Shown here piece by piece: positions 34,970 through 44,493 of a DNA stretch of 64,000 nt. The translations under genes were made by a program, and so were the position numbers. The notes beneath the pieces were generated by a model, which was given only the letters and a program-made list of their open reading frames with translations, was not told where the DNA came from and ran no database searches. Source of the stretch: Deltaproteobacteria bacterium (GTDB lineage Bacteria; Desulfobacterota; GWC2-55-46; UBA9637). How positions within the stretch are numbered: position 1 is the first letter of the stretch; each line of letters opens with the position of its first letter. The stretch spans positions 21,721 through 85,720 of the forward strand of contig JACRNJ010000032.1 in the NCBI GenBank assembly GCA_016219285.1, read 5' to 3'.

Positions 34970-35021
34970 ATAAAAATATACCTCCCAACGAGGCTTTTAT
35001 TATTGCAAGATTGTTTTATAT

Positions 35022-35873
35022 ATGTCAATAAAAATCTTATCTCTGGATAAAGGTCAGCTCTTTGTTTTTTTGATAATTTCCATTCTTCTCCATATTGGGA
35101 TTATTTTGATTGTTCCACATGCAAGAGAAGACAAAAAGGTTTTGCCAAGGTTGATACCTGTTGATGTAATAGAATTGCCGCAGCCAAAAAAGATAGAAGA
35201 AGGCAAGACGGTGGAGAAGGTTCAGGGTGGGGAACAAAAAAAAGAAATATTACCTGTGCCACCGCCGGCAAAAGAGGAAGAAACAGCAAACCATATTCCT
35301 ATTAAGGGGCATCCTGTAGAACCAGAACAAGCCCTGCCTCTAGAGACAAAAAATTCACTAAAAGAAGAAGAGCAGGAGATTCAAAGCCAGAAGTCAGAAA
35401 AAAACAAAGAAACACCTCAGTCACCAGAGGCATTAAAACAAGAAAAGCCTTTAAGTCTCTATCCCACAGGAGAACGTCTTTCAGAGTTATCAGAGAAATA
35501 TGAAAAGGAAACCCCTGTGGCAGAGGAGAATAAAAGCCTTTCCCTTGAGGCAAGCGACCCTAAATCTATTTCCTATCTTCAAGGGCTCAAAGGCAAAATT
35601 TATCACAAATGGGAATATCCTGAAGCTGCTGCAAGAACGGGACAGACAGGCAGGCTTTGGGTTCGGTTTATTATTAAGAAAGACGGGGAATTAGAAGAAG
35701 TAATAGTTATAAAATCCTCTGGCTATCCAATGCTTGACGATGCGGCGCTCTCTGCTATACGATTGGCAGCGCCCTATTATCCCTTTCCAAATGGCTTTGG
35801 CAGCCTTGAAAGGATTACCATTAATGCCTCTTTCGAATACATGATAGAATTTCTACCGCGTGTGAAGAGATAA
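35022..35873 (+). CDS. TonB-family energy transducer
   Basis: N-terminal transmembrane anchor, a Pro/Glu/Lys-rich spacer, and a C-terminal TonB fold (KIYHKWEYPEAAARTGQTGRLWVRFIIKKDGEL...SSGYPMLDDAAL). Confidence 0.75.
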   Translation: MSIKILSLDKGQLFVFLIISILLHIGIILIVPHAREDKKVLPRLIPVDVIELPQPKKIEEGKTVEKVQGGEQKKEILPVPPPAKEEETANHIPIKGHPVEPEQALPLETKNSLKEEEQEIQSQKSEKNKETPQSPEALKQEKPLSLYPTGERLSELSEKYEKETPVAEENKSLSLEASDPKSISYLQGLKGKIYHKWEYPEAAARTGQTGRLWVRFIIKKDGELEEVIVIKSSGYPMLDDAALSAIRLAAPYYPFPNGFGSLERITINASFEYMIEFLPRVKR

Positions 35874-35904
35874 TTTTACAGGATAATAAAGGAGTTTATT
35901 TATC

Positions 35905-36543
35905 GTGAAGATGTCCGAGATATTCTTAAGCATTCAAGGCGAGTCAAGCTACACAGGGCTTCCCTGTATATTTATCAGGCTTGCAGGCTGCAACCTGCGC
36001 TGTAGCTGGTGCGATACCACATATGCCCAGACTTCTGAGCAGGGTGAGAATCTTTCCATTGAACAGATAATCGGCGAGCTAAAAAAAATCAATTGCAAGT
36101 TGGTGGAGATTACCGGCGGCGAACCGCTGTTTCAGAAAGAGACACCTGTACTGGTAAACAGGCTGTTGAAACTGGGCTATGAAGTGCTCCTTGAAACCAA
36201 TGGCAGCATCAATCTTGAGCCAGTTAATACAAATGCAGTAAAGATAGTGGATGTCAAGTGCCCCTCCAGCGGTCATGACGGAAGCTTCTTCATGGAAAAT
36301 CTCAGATTTATTACATTGAAGGATGAGGTAAAATTTGTTATAGCGGACCGGAAAGATTACGAGTTTGCCTGCGATTTTTTGGAGACATGCATTAAAGATA
36401 AAGCCACAAAGATTCTTTTTGCTCCGGTGTATCCCGATATGCCTTCTCAGGAGCTTGCCAAATGGATACTTGCAGACGGGATTAAGGTAAGGCTTCAACT
36501 TCAGATGCATAAATTGATTTGGGGAGAAGAAAAAGGAAGGTAA
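35905..36543 (+). CDS. queE: 7-carboxy-7-deazaguanine synthase
   Basis: EIFLSIQGES...RLAGCNLRCSWCDT (QueE-type CxxxCxxC after a Gly-rich cap). Length 212 aa. Confidence 0.85.
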   Translation: MKMSEIFLSIQGESSYTGLPCIFIRLAGCNLRCSWCDTTYAQTSEQGENLSIEQIIGELKKINCKLVEITGGEPLFQKETPVLVNRLLKLGYEVLLETNGSINLEPVNTNAVKIVDVKCPSSGHDGSFFMENLRFITLKDEVKFVIADRKDYEFACDFLETCIKDKATKILFAPVYPDMPSQELAKWILADGIKVRLQLQMHKLIWGEEKGR

Positions 36544-37341
36544 ATGAGGTTATTTGTTTTCAGCGCTTTAATTCTATACATTTTAACTTTTCTGCTTGTT
36601 ATCTTCTATCACATAACAAAAAAAGAGAGCATTGAAACCCTTTCCAAATCTGCCGTCATAATCGGGCTTATCACCCATACCATTGCTTTATCTATAAGGA
36701 CATATGAATCAGGCCATGCGCCCATGATGGCCATGTATGAAACACTGCTTTTTTATAGCTGGTCAACTATTCTTGTAAGCGCCATTGTGATATTCCGATA
36801 CAATGAAAGACTTACAGAGCTTATAACCATCCCTGTTGCCATACTGGCAATGGTCTTCGCTCAACTCAATGAAACGTCTGCAAAACCATTAACGTTGATA
36901 TTAAAGACACGTTGGTTTGAAACCCATGTAATAGCGTCATTTGCAGCATACGCCATGTTTACACTATCATTTTCAGGAGCGCTGTTATATTTACTCTCTG
37001 AACTCCGCGTCAGTTCTGCGGGCGCCCAAAACGCTGAACTTAAAAAAGATTTCCAGGACATTGCCAATAGAAGCATCCTCTGGGGGTTTTTCTTCTTTTC
37101 CGCTTCCATGTTTGCAGGCGCGATATGGGCATACCTTGCATGGGGCACATACTGGCTTTGGGAGCCGAAGGTCATCTGGTCATTCATCGTCTGGTTTTAC
37201 TATGCAGGCGCAATGCATGCATATTATGTAAAGGAGTGGAGGGGCAGAGGCTTGGTAATTGCAACTGTGCTCGGATTTTTTGTGGTGCTGTTTACATATC
37301 TTGGGGTGAGTCTCTTAATGAAGAGTAGCCACAGTTTTTGA
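36544..37341 (+). CDS. ccsA: cytochrome c assembly protein CcsA/ResC family (heme handling)
   Basis: Polytopic membrane protein with a tryptophan-rich WWD-type segment (WAYLAWGTYWLWEPKVIWSFIVW) and conserved His residues. Confidence 0.7.
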   Translation: MRLFVFSALILYILTFLLVIFYHITKKESIETLSKSAVIIGLITHTIALSIRTYESGHAPMMAMYETLLFYSWSTILVSAIVIFRYNERLTELITIPVAILAMVFAQLNETSAKPLTLILKTRWFETHVIASFAAYAMFTLSFSGALLYLLSELRVSSAGAQNAELKKDFQDIANRSILWGFFFFSASMFAGAIWAYLAWGTYWLWEPKVIWSFIVWFYYAGAMHAYYVKEWRGRGLVIATVLGFFVVLFTYLGVSLLMKSSHSF

Positions 37342-37428
37342 CGGCTTTGTAAAAAGTCCATCTGTGGAGCCTGTTCCGAGCAAAGTGAGAAATCTTGGTC
37401 TTCGCTGCGGCTTCTGCGTTCAACACCT

Positions 37429-37483
37429 GTAGTTTGCCCATTTATGGGCGTTTTTTAAAAGCGCCGATAAATCGGCAGACTAC
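37429..37483. mobile_element. MITE-like element, canonical copy
   Basis: gtagtttgcccatttatgggcgttttttaaaagcgccgataaatcggcagactac. Confidence 0.85.
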
Positions 37484-37530
37484 ACCCATATTCTATAGAT
37501 ACAGAAGAAAGAAAAACCATTTTATTATTC

Positions 37531-37830
37531 ATGGCGATACTTAGTATTGTTTTGTCTTGGAGTTTTTATAATGTAATTAACAGTTATCAAATTATTTTGC
37601 CTTGGTGGGTTGAAAGTCCTTCTGTGTTGTTTTTCTATGGATTACTTTTTGTTGTCTTTGATAAATGGGCTTGGAAATATTTTAGGAAGATCGGTATTGT
37701 AAGAACTCCTAATCTAAATAGGGAGCGGAACGGACATTTAAAATTTTCTTTTGATGAGCATTCATCAGAAATAAAAGCAACTTTACGAATTTTTCAAACT
37801 TGGACAAAAATAAAAACTTTATATCTCTAA
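37531..37830 (+). CDS. small two-transmembrane-helix membrane protein, function unknown
   Basis: ORF only, with two hydrophobic helices. No recognisable family. Confidence 0.3.
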   Translation: MAILSIVLSWSFYNVINSYQIILPWWVESPSVLFFYGLLFVVFDKWAWKYFRKIGIVRTPNLNRERNGHLKFSFDEHSSEIKATLRIFQTWTKIKTLYL

Positions 37831-37943
37831 AAATTAGTCAGACTACCATCAAACACCGCATTGAACAGCGAACTCTATAACGTTGAGGAAAATAGAGGGA
37901 ACAGCAACCATTTAAATTGCCTTTGTCTGTAAGAATATATGGA

Positions 37944-38007
37944 AATAAAATCAGGACAGGCATTTTTCTTCTGTATTGCAAAAGTGGGAAACGCCACAGG
38001 CGCATTA
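37944..38007. repeat. direct repeat DR-left bracketing a toxin-antitoxin islet
   Basis: aatcaggacaggcatttttcttctgtattgcaa...gccacagg. A 35 bp near-identical core is repeated at 39497-39530. Confidence 0.8.
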
Positions 38008-38071
38008 TCTTTCAGAACAAAATGTAAGAGATTGCAATTGTGAAGGGGAAAGGGTAAAATGGAGAAAATCA

Positions 38072-38266
38072 ATGAAAGTGCGTGATATTATAAAGCTGAT
38101 AGAGGCTGATGGATGGTATAGAGTGGACACAAAGGGCAGTCATAGGCAATACAAACATGCATGGAAAACTGGCAGGGTTACTATTGCTGGACATCCGAAC
38201 TACGATTTAGCCCCTGGCACTCTGAACAGCATCTTAAAACAATCTAAGTTAAAGGAGGTAAAGTAG
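38072..38266 (+). CDS. hicA: HicA-family toxin
   Basis: MKVRDIIKLIEADGWYRVDTKGSHRQYKH...GRVTIAGHPNYDLAPGTLNSILKQ is the canonical HicA motif. A GGAG ribosome-binding site lies upstream. Confidence 0.75.
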   Translation: MKVRDIIKLIEADGWYRVDTKGSHRQYKHAWKTGRVTIAGHPNYDLAPGTLNSILKQSKLKEVK

Positions 38267-38479
38267 ATGCATCGTTTTCTTATTGTAATTGAAAAAGCCG
38301 AGGGTAACTACTCGGCATATTCTCCAGATTTGCCGGGTTGCATTGCAACAGGCGCAAGCAGGGAAGAAACGGAACGCAACATGCATGAAGCAATTGAAAT
38401 GCATGTGCGCGGTTTGATAGAGGATAATCTGCCTGTCCCTGTGTCAACATCTTTTGCTGAATATGTGGCAGTTCCCTGA
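38267..38479 (+). CDS. hicB: HicB-family antitoxin
   Basis: FLIVIEKAEGNYSAYSPDLPGCIATGASREETERNMHEAIEMHV is a HicB/UPF0150 fold. Confidence 0.7.
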   Translation: MHRFLIVIEKAEGNYSAYSPDLPGCIATGASREETERNMHEAIEMHVRGLIEDNLPVPVSTSFAEYVAVP

Positions 38480-38506
38480 ACCGGACTTGTATGAAACCAC
38501 GGTAAG

Positions 38507-38707
38507 TTGTCCCTCGCTGCTCAAATCCTCGCCGCCAAAAAGCAACACACCCCTCAATCCCCTCTTGATAGAGGGGAATTACCCAACGCCGATACCTCCG
38601 CCTTTGAGCGTCAGATTGATGAAATGGTTTATAAACTCTACGACCTCACACCGGAGGAGATTGCAATTGTGGAGGGGTTGGATATTGATGTTGACAAATT
38701 ACAATAA
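38507..38707 (+). pseudogene. C-terminal tail remnant of a DNA methyltransferase/restriction-modification type gene
   Basis: ERQIDEMVYKLYDLTPEEIAIVEG is the conserved C-terminal helix of many N6-adenine methyltransferase and type IIG restriction-modification proteins. Only about 66 aa are present. Confidence 0.35.
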
Positions 38708-38778
38708 GCCTATTGATACAACAGTCTGTTTCTGTTATGATAGTCTTAATTCTGGTCAACCAGAAAGGAGGTTAAAAA

Positions 38779-39039
38779 ATGAAAACATTGTCGCTCTCTG
38801 AGGCAAAGATGAAACTAAGCAGCCTTGTGGATTCGGTATATAAAACTGACGAGGAGGTCATCATTACAAAAAACGGCTCACCTGCTGCAGTCCTGATAAG
38901 CCCTGATGAATTTGAAGGATGGAAGGAGACTATTGCCATACGTTCTGATGCTGCCTTTATGGAGGAAATAAAGAAGGGGTTGGCATCCCTGAAAAAAGGC
39001 AGGGCAAAGTTCTATACACTCGAGGAGCTGTTCAGATAG
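38779..39039 (+). CDS. Phd/YefM-family antitoxin
   Basis: MKTLSLSEAKMKLSSLVD...EEVIITKNGSPAAVLISPDEFE is the Phd/YefM signature. Confidence 0.8.
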   Translation: MKTLSLSEAKMKLSSLVDSVYKTDEEVIITKNGSPAAVLISPDEFEGWKETIAIRSDAAFMEEIKKGLASLKKGRAKFYTLEELFR

Positions 39040-39330
39040 ATGAGCATTCTCAGGCTGAAAATGTCTGATGAGATGGCGGACTTAATCCGCTCCCTTCACC
39101 CTGATATAAAACGAAAGATTAAGGCCGCATTACAAACTGTTTTAAGTGACCCCCTGTCAGGCAAGGCATTAAAAGATGAACTTGAGGGACTGCAAAGTTT
39201 TAAAGTGGGGAAGTTCAGGGTGATTTATAAAACAACAAAAGACAAAGGAGTTATTGAAGTTGTAACCATTGGACCTCGAAAAACTATATATGAAGAAACT
39301 TTGAGGCTTTTAAAAAGGGGAAAATTATAA
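39040..39330 (+). CDS. relE: RelE/ParE-family toxin
   Basis: 96 aa. The 1-nt junction with the antitoxin and the pattern ...KVGKFRVIYKTTKDKGVIEVVTIGPRK is the RelE/ParE fold. Confidence 0.75.
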   Translation: MSILRLKMSDEMADLIRSLHPDIKRKIKAALQTVLSDPLSGKALKDELEGLQSFKVGKFRVIYKTTKDKGVIEVVTIGPRKTIYEETLRLLKRGKL

Positions 39331-39490
39331 GACAAGAATTTAGTCTTCTCTGAAGACAGCCTTATCGAACAACCAGCCATTTAGATTTTCAGGTCTCTCG
39401 CCTATGCACATCTGGACTGCTATAACGAAACCTTTGGCGAGACCGGCACTCTCGGCAGAGAGACTTCAACTGATGCTGTTTTAAAACCAG

Positions 39491-39568
39491 AATAAAAATC
39501 AGGACAGGCATTTTTCTTCTGTCTTGCAATCTGTCTTGCAATAGAGAAAAGCCACAGACATATAATGA
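39491..39568. repeat. direct repeat DR-right bracketing the toxin-antitoxin islet
   Basis: aatcaggacaggcatttttcttctgtcttgcaatctgtcttgcaa...gccacagac. The ttgcaa unit is duplicated relative to DR-left. Confidence 0.8.
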
Positions 39569-39613
39569 GTGCATTAATATTCGCAATGTGCTAATCAGTG
39601 CTTGCCAAAATAC

Positions 39614-39642
39614 TTGACAAAATTATTAAGGTATATTAGAAT
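39614..39642 (+). promoter_or_regulatory. sigma70-type promoter for the isc operon
   Basis: TTGACA, then a 17 bp spacer, then TAGAAT, lying 31 nt upstream of the iscR start. Confidence 0.55.
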
Positions 39643-39672
39643 TTTTGCAATTGATTAAACAGTATCAATACT

Positions 39673-40119
39673 ATGAGGTTATCTACCAAAGGGCAATATG
39701 CAGTAAGGGCGATGGTCAGCCTTGTTTGCCATGAAAATGGAGGGCCTATTACACTGAAAGATATATCTGAGAGCGAGGGTATATCACTGGCTTATCTTGA
39801 GCAGCTGTTTGTTAAGCTCAGGAAGGGCAATATTGTAAAGAGTGTAAGGGGGCCTGGCGGCGGATATGTGTTGGCGAGGCCGGCAAGCGAGATAAAAGTT
39901 GGAGAGGTTATAACCGTGGTAGAAGAGTCTTTAAACCCGGTTGCATGTCTTGATGGTGACATTTCCATGTGCACAAGGACAAATAAGTGCGTAACCCAAC
40001 GTGTTTGGAAAGGGCTGGGCGATAAGATGAAGGAGTTCTTGGATTCAATAACAATAGAAGATTTAAGCCGAGAGGCAAATGAGTTAAAGAGTGCTGGAGT
40101 TAAGGAGTTTAGGAGTTAA
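39673..40119 (+). CDS. iscR: Rrf2-family Fe-S cluster regulator IscR
   Basis: Rrf2 helix-turn-helix (LSTKGQYAVRAMVSL) and three Cys ligands (C...C....C) at IscR spacing. Sits upstream of iscS-iscU. Confidence 0.85.
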   Translation: MRLSTKGQYAVRAMVSLVCHENGGPITLKDISESEGISLAYLEQLFVKLRKGNIVKSVRGPGGGYVLARPASEIKVGEVITVVEESLNPVACLDGDISMCTRTNKCVTQRVWKGLGDKMKEFLDSITIEDLSREANELKSAGVKEFRS

Positions 40120-40164
40120 CTCCTAAACTCCTTAACTCTCAACTTAAAAAATAAGGAGGTTGTT

Positions 40165-41376
40165 TTGAAGAGAATATACCTTGATAACAATGCAACAACA
40201 CCAATCCACCCTGAGGTTTTTGATGCGATGCTTCCATATCTGAAACATGAATTTGGAAATCCATCCAGCATCCATTGGGCAGGGAGGAATCCCAGAAGGG
40301 TTGTTGATGATGCGAGAGAGAAAGTGACGAAGCTTCTCAATTGTGATGCAAATGAAATCATTTTCACAAGCTGCGGGTCAGAAAGTAACAATCTTGCTAT
40401 AAAGGGAGTTGCCGAATCAAAAAAAGATAAAGGCAACCATATTATTACTACTAAAGTGGAGCATCCAGCCGTTTTGAGTACTTGCAAATACCTTGCAAAA
40501 AACGGTTTTGATGTAACCTTTCTTGATGTTGATAATCATGGCATGCTGGATTTAGACCAGCTTAAAAAGGCAATAACTCCAAAGACAATACTTATTACGA
40601 TAATGTTTTCAAATAATGAGACGGGAGTGATATTTCCCATAGAGGAGATAGGCAAGATTGCAAAAGAGCATAATATTCCTTTCCATACCGATGCTGTTCA
40701 GGGTGTGGGAAAGGTTCCTATAGATGTAAAGAAAATGAATGTAGACCTGTTGACGCTTTCAGGCCATAAGCTCTATGCGCCAAAGGGGATTGGCGCACTC
40801 TATGTCAAAAGAGGTGTAAGGTTGGTGCCATTAATTCATGGCGGTCATCAGGAGCGGAACAGAAGGGGCGGCACAGAAAATGTCGCCGGTATTGTTGCAC
40901 TTGGAAAGGCGTGCGAGATTGCCGCCAGAGACATGGAGCAAGAGATAAAACATATTACAGCTTTAAGAGACAGACTTGAAAAAGGACTGATGCAAAGGGT
41001 AACGCATGTGCGGCTTAATGGCCATCCAATAGAGAGGATTCCTAACACGGTAAACCTAAGTTTTGAATTTGCAGAGGGAGAGTCGCTGCTTTTAAACCTT
41101 GATATGAAGGGGATAGCTGCATCGTCTGGTTCGGCATGCACATCCGGAACATTGGAGCCGTCCCATGTGCTTGTGGCTATGGGTGTTCCGATGGAGGCAT
41201 CTCACAGTTCTGTGCGATTTAGCCTTGGGCGTGGGAATACGATAGAGGATATTGACTATGTTATAGATGTCTTGCCGGCAATGGTGGAAAGGATGAGGAG
41301 CATGTCGCCGCTTTATTCTACGATTACCGGAAAAGGTGAGAATATAACGTTCAGTGAAAGCAATTGCAGCCATTAA
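40165..41376 (+). CDS. iscS: cysteine desulfurase IscS/NifS
   Basis: PLP Lys motif SGHKLYAPKGIGALYV and active-site Cys loop SSGSACTSG. Length 403 aa. Confidence 0.9.
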   Translation: MKRIYLDNNATTPIHPEVFDAMLPYLKHEFGNPSSIHWAGRNPRRVVDDAREKVTKLLNCDANEIIFTSCGSESNNLAIKGVAESKKDKGNHIITTKVEHPAVLSTCKYLAKNGFDVTFLDVDNHGMLDLDQLKKAITPKTILITIMFSNNETGVIFPIEEIGKIAKEHNIPFHTDAVQGVGKVPIDVKKMNVDLLTLSGHKLYAPKGIGALYVKRGVRLVPLIHGGHQERNRRGGTENVAGIVALGKACEIAARDMEQEIKHITALRDRLEKGLMQRVTHVRLNGHPIERIPNTVNLSFEFAEGESLLLNLDMKGIAASSGSACTSGTLEPSHVLVAMGVPMEASHSSVRFSLGRGNTIEDIDYVIDVLPAMVERMRSMSPLYSTITGKGENITFSESNCSH

Positions 41377-41509
41377 GAAAGATTCAAGATTTAAGATACA
41401 AGATTTAAGATACAAGATGCAATATGCAAGATTCAATATTTATAATTATTTTTGGCTGCAATCTGAAACTTGTAACTTGCAACCATATTCATTGAAAGGA
41501 GATTGAGAT
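41377..41509. repeat. intergenic tandem simple repeat (aagatttaagatacaagat units) plus tgcaa-type tail
   Basis: gattcaagatttaagatacaagatttaagatacaagatgcaatatgcaagattcaa...ctgcaatctgaaacttgtaacttgcaacc. Confidence 0.8.
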
Positions 41510-41881
41510 ATGTATAGCGAAAAGGTAATGGATCATTTCAGCAACCCACGTAATGTAGGAGAGATAGATAATGCCGATGGTGTAGGTACGGTTGGAAACC
41601 CTGCCTGTGGTGATATCATGAAGCTTTCTATCAAAATAGAAGACGATGTTATTAAGGATGTCAAATTCAAGACATTCGGATGCGGCGCTGCCATTGCAAC
41701 AAGTTCAATGGTGACAGAGCTTGTAAAGGGAAAGCACCTCGCTGAGGCGGAGACAATATCCAATGCGACTGTTGCAGAGGCGCTTGATGGGCTTCCGCCA
41801 GTCAAGCAGCACTGTTCAAACCTGGCAGCAGATGCGCTTCATGCTGCGATTGAGGATTATAAGAAAAAGCATACAAAATAG
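41510..41881 (+). CDS. iscU: Fe-S cluster scaffold IscU/NifU
   Basis: Contains the conserved segments GNPACGD, FKTFGCGAAIATSS and LPPVKQHCS, giving three Cys ligands. Confidence 0.9.
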   Translation: MYSEKVMDHFSNPRNVGEIDNADGVGTVGNPACGDIMKLSIKIEDDVIKDVKFKTFGCGAAIATSSMVTELVKGKHLAEAETISNATVAEALDGLPPVKQHCSNLAADALHAAIEDYKKKHTK

Positions 41882-41941
41882 TTTTTAGCTGATAGTTATT
41901 AAGTTAAAAATAAAAATCAACAGCTAAAAGCTGTATTGCTT

Positions 41942-41972
41942 GGCGGACTTTTTGTCCGCCACTTTTTATTTA
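41942..41972 (+). terminator. rho-independent terminator-like hairpin after iscU
   Basis: ggcggactttttgtccgcc (7-bp GC-rich stem) followed by the T-rich tract actttttattta. Confidence 0.55.
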
Positions 41973-41992
41973 TGGATGCAGTTTCTAATACA

Positions 41993-43087
41993 ATGGTCCG
42001 AAAAAAGTCAAGGGTAGTTATTGCCATGAGCGGTGGCGTGGATTCATCCACTGCCGCAGCGCTGCTCAAGGAGCAGGGTTATGATGTAATCGGCATATCC
42101 ATGCAGTTATGGGATTATACGGATGGAGAGAGAGACAGGTTTGGAAGCTGTTGTTCTCTGGATGACCTCTATGATGCGAGGAGGGTTGCGGATAAGTTAG
42201 ATATACCGTTTTATGTGGTCAATTTTGAAGAGGCATTTTCGAAATCAGTTGTGAATTACTTTGTAGAAGGTTACCTCAATGGAGAGACCCCAAATCCTTG
42301 CCTTAAATGTAATCAGATTTTAAAATTTGAGGCGCTTTTAAAAAGGGCATTGGAATTGGAGGCAGATTATCTTGCCACAGGCCATTATGCAAGGGTTGCC
42401 TATGATGACAAAAGCGGCAGATATCTTCTCTTAAGAGGAAAGGATGCGTCAAAAGATCAGTCTTATTTCCTTTTTACCATGACGCAGGAGCAGCTTGCAA
42501 AGACCATTTTCCCTCTGGGAGATTTAACAAAACCTGAAGTCAGAAAGCTTGCAGCAAGATTCAACCTGAATGTTGCCGATAAAAAAGACAGCCAGGAGAT
42601 ATGTTTTGCGCCGGAGGATTATCCATCTTTTATCATGCAGCGCGCAGGTAACGCTATTACTGCAAAAGGTGAGATAGTTGATATAAGCGGCAATGTCCTT
42701 GGAATGCATAACGGGCTTTATAAATACACAATTGGCCAGAGAAAGGGTATAGGGGTAGCTAATGGAGGGCCTCTTTATGTGCTTAAGATAGATAGTAAAA
42801 GGAATAGGCTTGTGGTTGGCGCTGAGGAAGGTTTATTATCAAATGGTCTTGTCGCAAAAGAAACGAATTGGTTCGGGATTTCTTTTCCAAAGGATGAGAT
42901 AGAGGTTATTGCCAAAATAAGATACAGACATAAGGGTATGGAGGCTAAAGTTGTGCCTTTGGACAACAAAAGGGTTGATGTTCGTTTTAAAAGGCCTGAA
43001 AAATCTGTAACACCCGGGCAGGCAGTCGTGTTTTATAATGGAGATGAGGTGATTGGAGGAGGATGGATTGAAAAATATAACTCCTAA
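41993..43087 (+). CDS. mnmA: tRNA-specific 2-thiouridylase MnmA
   Basis: PP-loop VIAMSGGVDSS, catalytic Cys region, and an OB-fold C-terminus. The start at 41993 is preferred because the ORF-track start at 41936 lies inside the terminator hairpin. Confidence 0.9.
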   Translation: MVRKKSRVVIAMSGGVDSSTAAALLKEQGYDVIGISMQLWDYTDGERDRFGSCCSLDDLYDARRVADKLDIPFYVVNFEEAFSKSVVNYFVEGYLNGETPNPCLKCNQILKFEALLKRALELEADYLATGHYARVAYDDKSGRYLLLRGKDASKDQSYFLFTMTQEQLAKTIFPLGDLTKPEVRKLAARFNLNVADKKDSQEICFAPEDYPSFIMQRAGNAITAKGEIVDISGNVLGMHNGLYKYTIGQRKGIGVANGGPLYVLKIDSKRNRLVVGAEEGLLSNGLVAKETNWFGISFPKDEIEVIAKIRYRHKGMEAKVVPLDNKRVDVRFKRPEKSVTPGQAVVFYNGDEVIGGGWIEKYNS

Positions 43088-43154
43088 TTTCTAATTACAA
43101 ATTCCAAATGCGGTTGGGGAATTAAGTATTCCATTGGAAACTTATCATTAGAAA

Positions 43155-44489
43155 TTGGAAATTGATCCGGAGGTTTTCTTGCGGGCTTCCATAACAACAC
43201 TTGGCTGCAAATCCAACCAGTATGATTCGGCTGCCATAGAGGATATTTTAAAGGAAAATAACTTTAATATAACCGCGTCCAAAGGGCGTCAGTCTGAGCC
43301 GGCAGATGTCTGTATAATAAATACATGCACTGTTACAGGCAATACAGACTACCAATCACGTCAGCTTATAAGAAAGGCGGTGGCGGCAAACCCGGACGCT
43401 ATTATCCTGGTAACCGGTTGTTATGCCCAGGTTTCATCACAGGAGATTGCCGATATAGAAGGTGTTGATTATGTAGTGGGAAATCTGGAAAAGGAAAGGG
43501 TTTTGCACTACATACTTGAAGGGAAGAGAAAACATCCAAAAATAGATATAAACGGGGCAGTTCAAGACAGGCCTTTGACCCTTAGGGCAAAAGGTTCTTC
43601 CAATAGAACGCGGGCATATATCAAGGTGCAGGATGGCTGCAACAATTCATGCTCCTACTGCATCATCCCTGCGGCAAGAGGCATATCTAGAAGTTTATCG
43701 CTATCTAGTATTCTTAAAGAGATAGACATCCTTATTGCAAATGGATATAAAGAGATTATACTTACAGGCATACATCTTGGCGCATATGGGTTGGATTTGG
43801 ATTCAAAGGTTAATATTACAGGCCTTATAAAGGCTATCGCAGATAAAGATTATCCGTGCAGATTCAGGATTAGTTCGTTAGACCCTGACGAGGTGTCAGA
43901 TGAACTGATTGAGATAATGGCCGATTCCAAAACCATTTGCAACCATCTCCATTTGCCGTTGCAAAGCGGGGATGATGATATTGTAAAGATGATGAACAGG
44001 CGATATACAGGAAGGTTATTTGCGGAGCTGATAGAAAAGATAGTAAAGGCAGTCCCTGAAATTTCTATAGGTGTGGATGTGATTGCCGGTTTTCCGGGAG
44101 AAGGAGAAAAAGAATTTTTAAATACATACAACCTGCTCAGAGATTTGCCTATTGCCTATATGCACGTTTTTCCATTTTCAAGGAGAAAGGGAACGTTTGC
44201 GGCAGAATTTTCAAATCAGGTAGATGCAAAAATTGCAAAACAAAGATGTGAAATGCTTAAGAATCTGGATAAGATAAAGAGGAGGAATTTCTATGAAGGT
44301 TTTATTGGGAAAAGGGTCTCTGTTTTGGTTGAAGCCTCACGGGATAAAGACACAGGGTTTTTCACAGGCAGATCCAGAAATTATATTCCATTTCTTATAA
44401 AAAACCATAACGGCCTTAAAAATGTTGAGATAGATTTCATTTGCAGCGCAATTGATGGAGACAGGGCGGTGGGCTATGCAGGCAGCTAA
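43155..44489 (+). CDS. MiaB/RimO/MtaB-family radical SAM methylthiotransferase (MtaB-like)
   Basis: MTTase N-domain (TLGCKSNQYDS), radical SAM CNNSCSYCIIPAARG, and a C-terminal TRAM-like domain. Length 444 aa. Confidence 0.8.
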   Translation: MEIDPEVFLRASITTLGCKSNQYDSAAIEDILKENNFNITASKGRQSEPADVCIINTCTVTGNTDYQSRQLIRKAVAANPDAIILVTGCYAQVSSQEIADIEGVDYVVGNLEKERVLHYILEGKRKHPKIDINGAVQDRPLTLRAKGSSNRTRAYIKVQDGCNNSCSYCIIPAARGISRSLSLSSILKEIDILIANGYKEIILTGIHLGAYGLDLDSKVNITGLIKAIADKDYPCRFRISSLDPDEVSDELIEIMADSKTICNHLHLPLQSGDDDIVKMMNRRYTGRLFAELIEKIVKAVPEISIGVDVIAGFPGEGEKEFLNTYNLLRDLPIAYMHVFPFSRRKGTFAAEFSNQVDAKIAKQRCEMLKNLDKIKRRNFYEGFIGKRVSVLVEASRDKDTGFFTGRSRNYIPFLIKNHNGLKNVEIDFICSAIDGDRAVGYAGS

Positions 44490-44493
44490 TAAG

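Noticed and set aside
34371-34973. 200 aa plus-strand ORF
   Set aside because: Low-complexity translation with no motifs. It overlaps tatA on the opposite strand and the hydrogenase promoter region, so it is most likely spurious.
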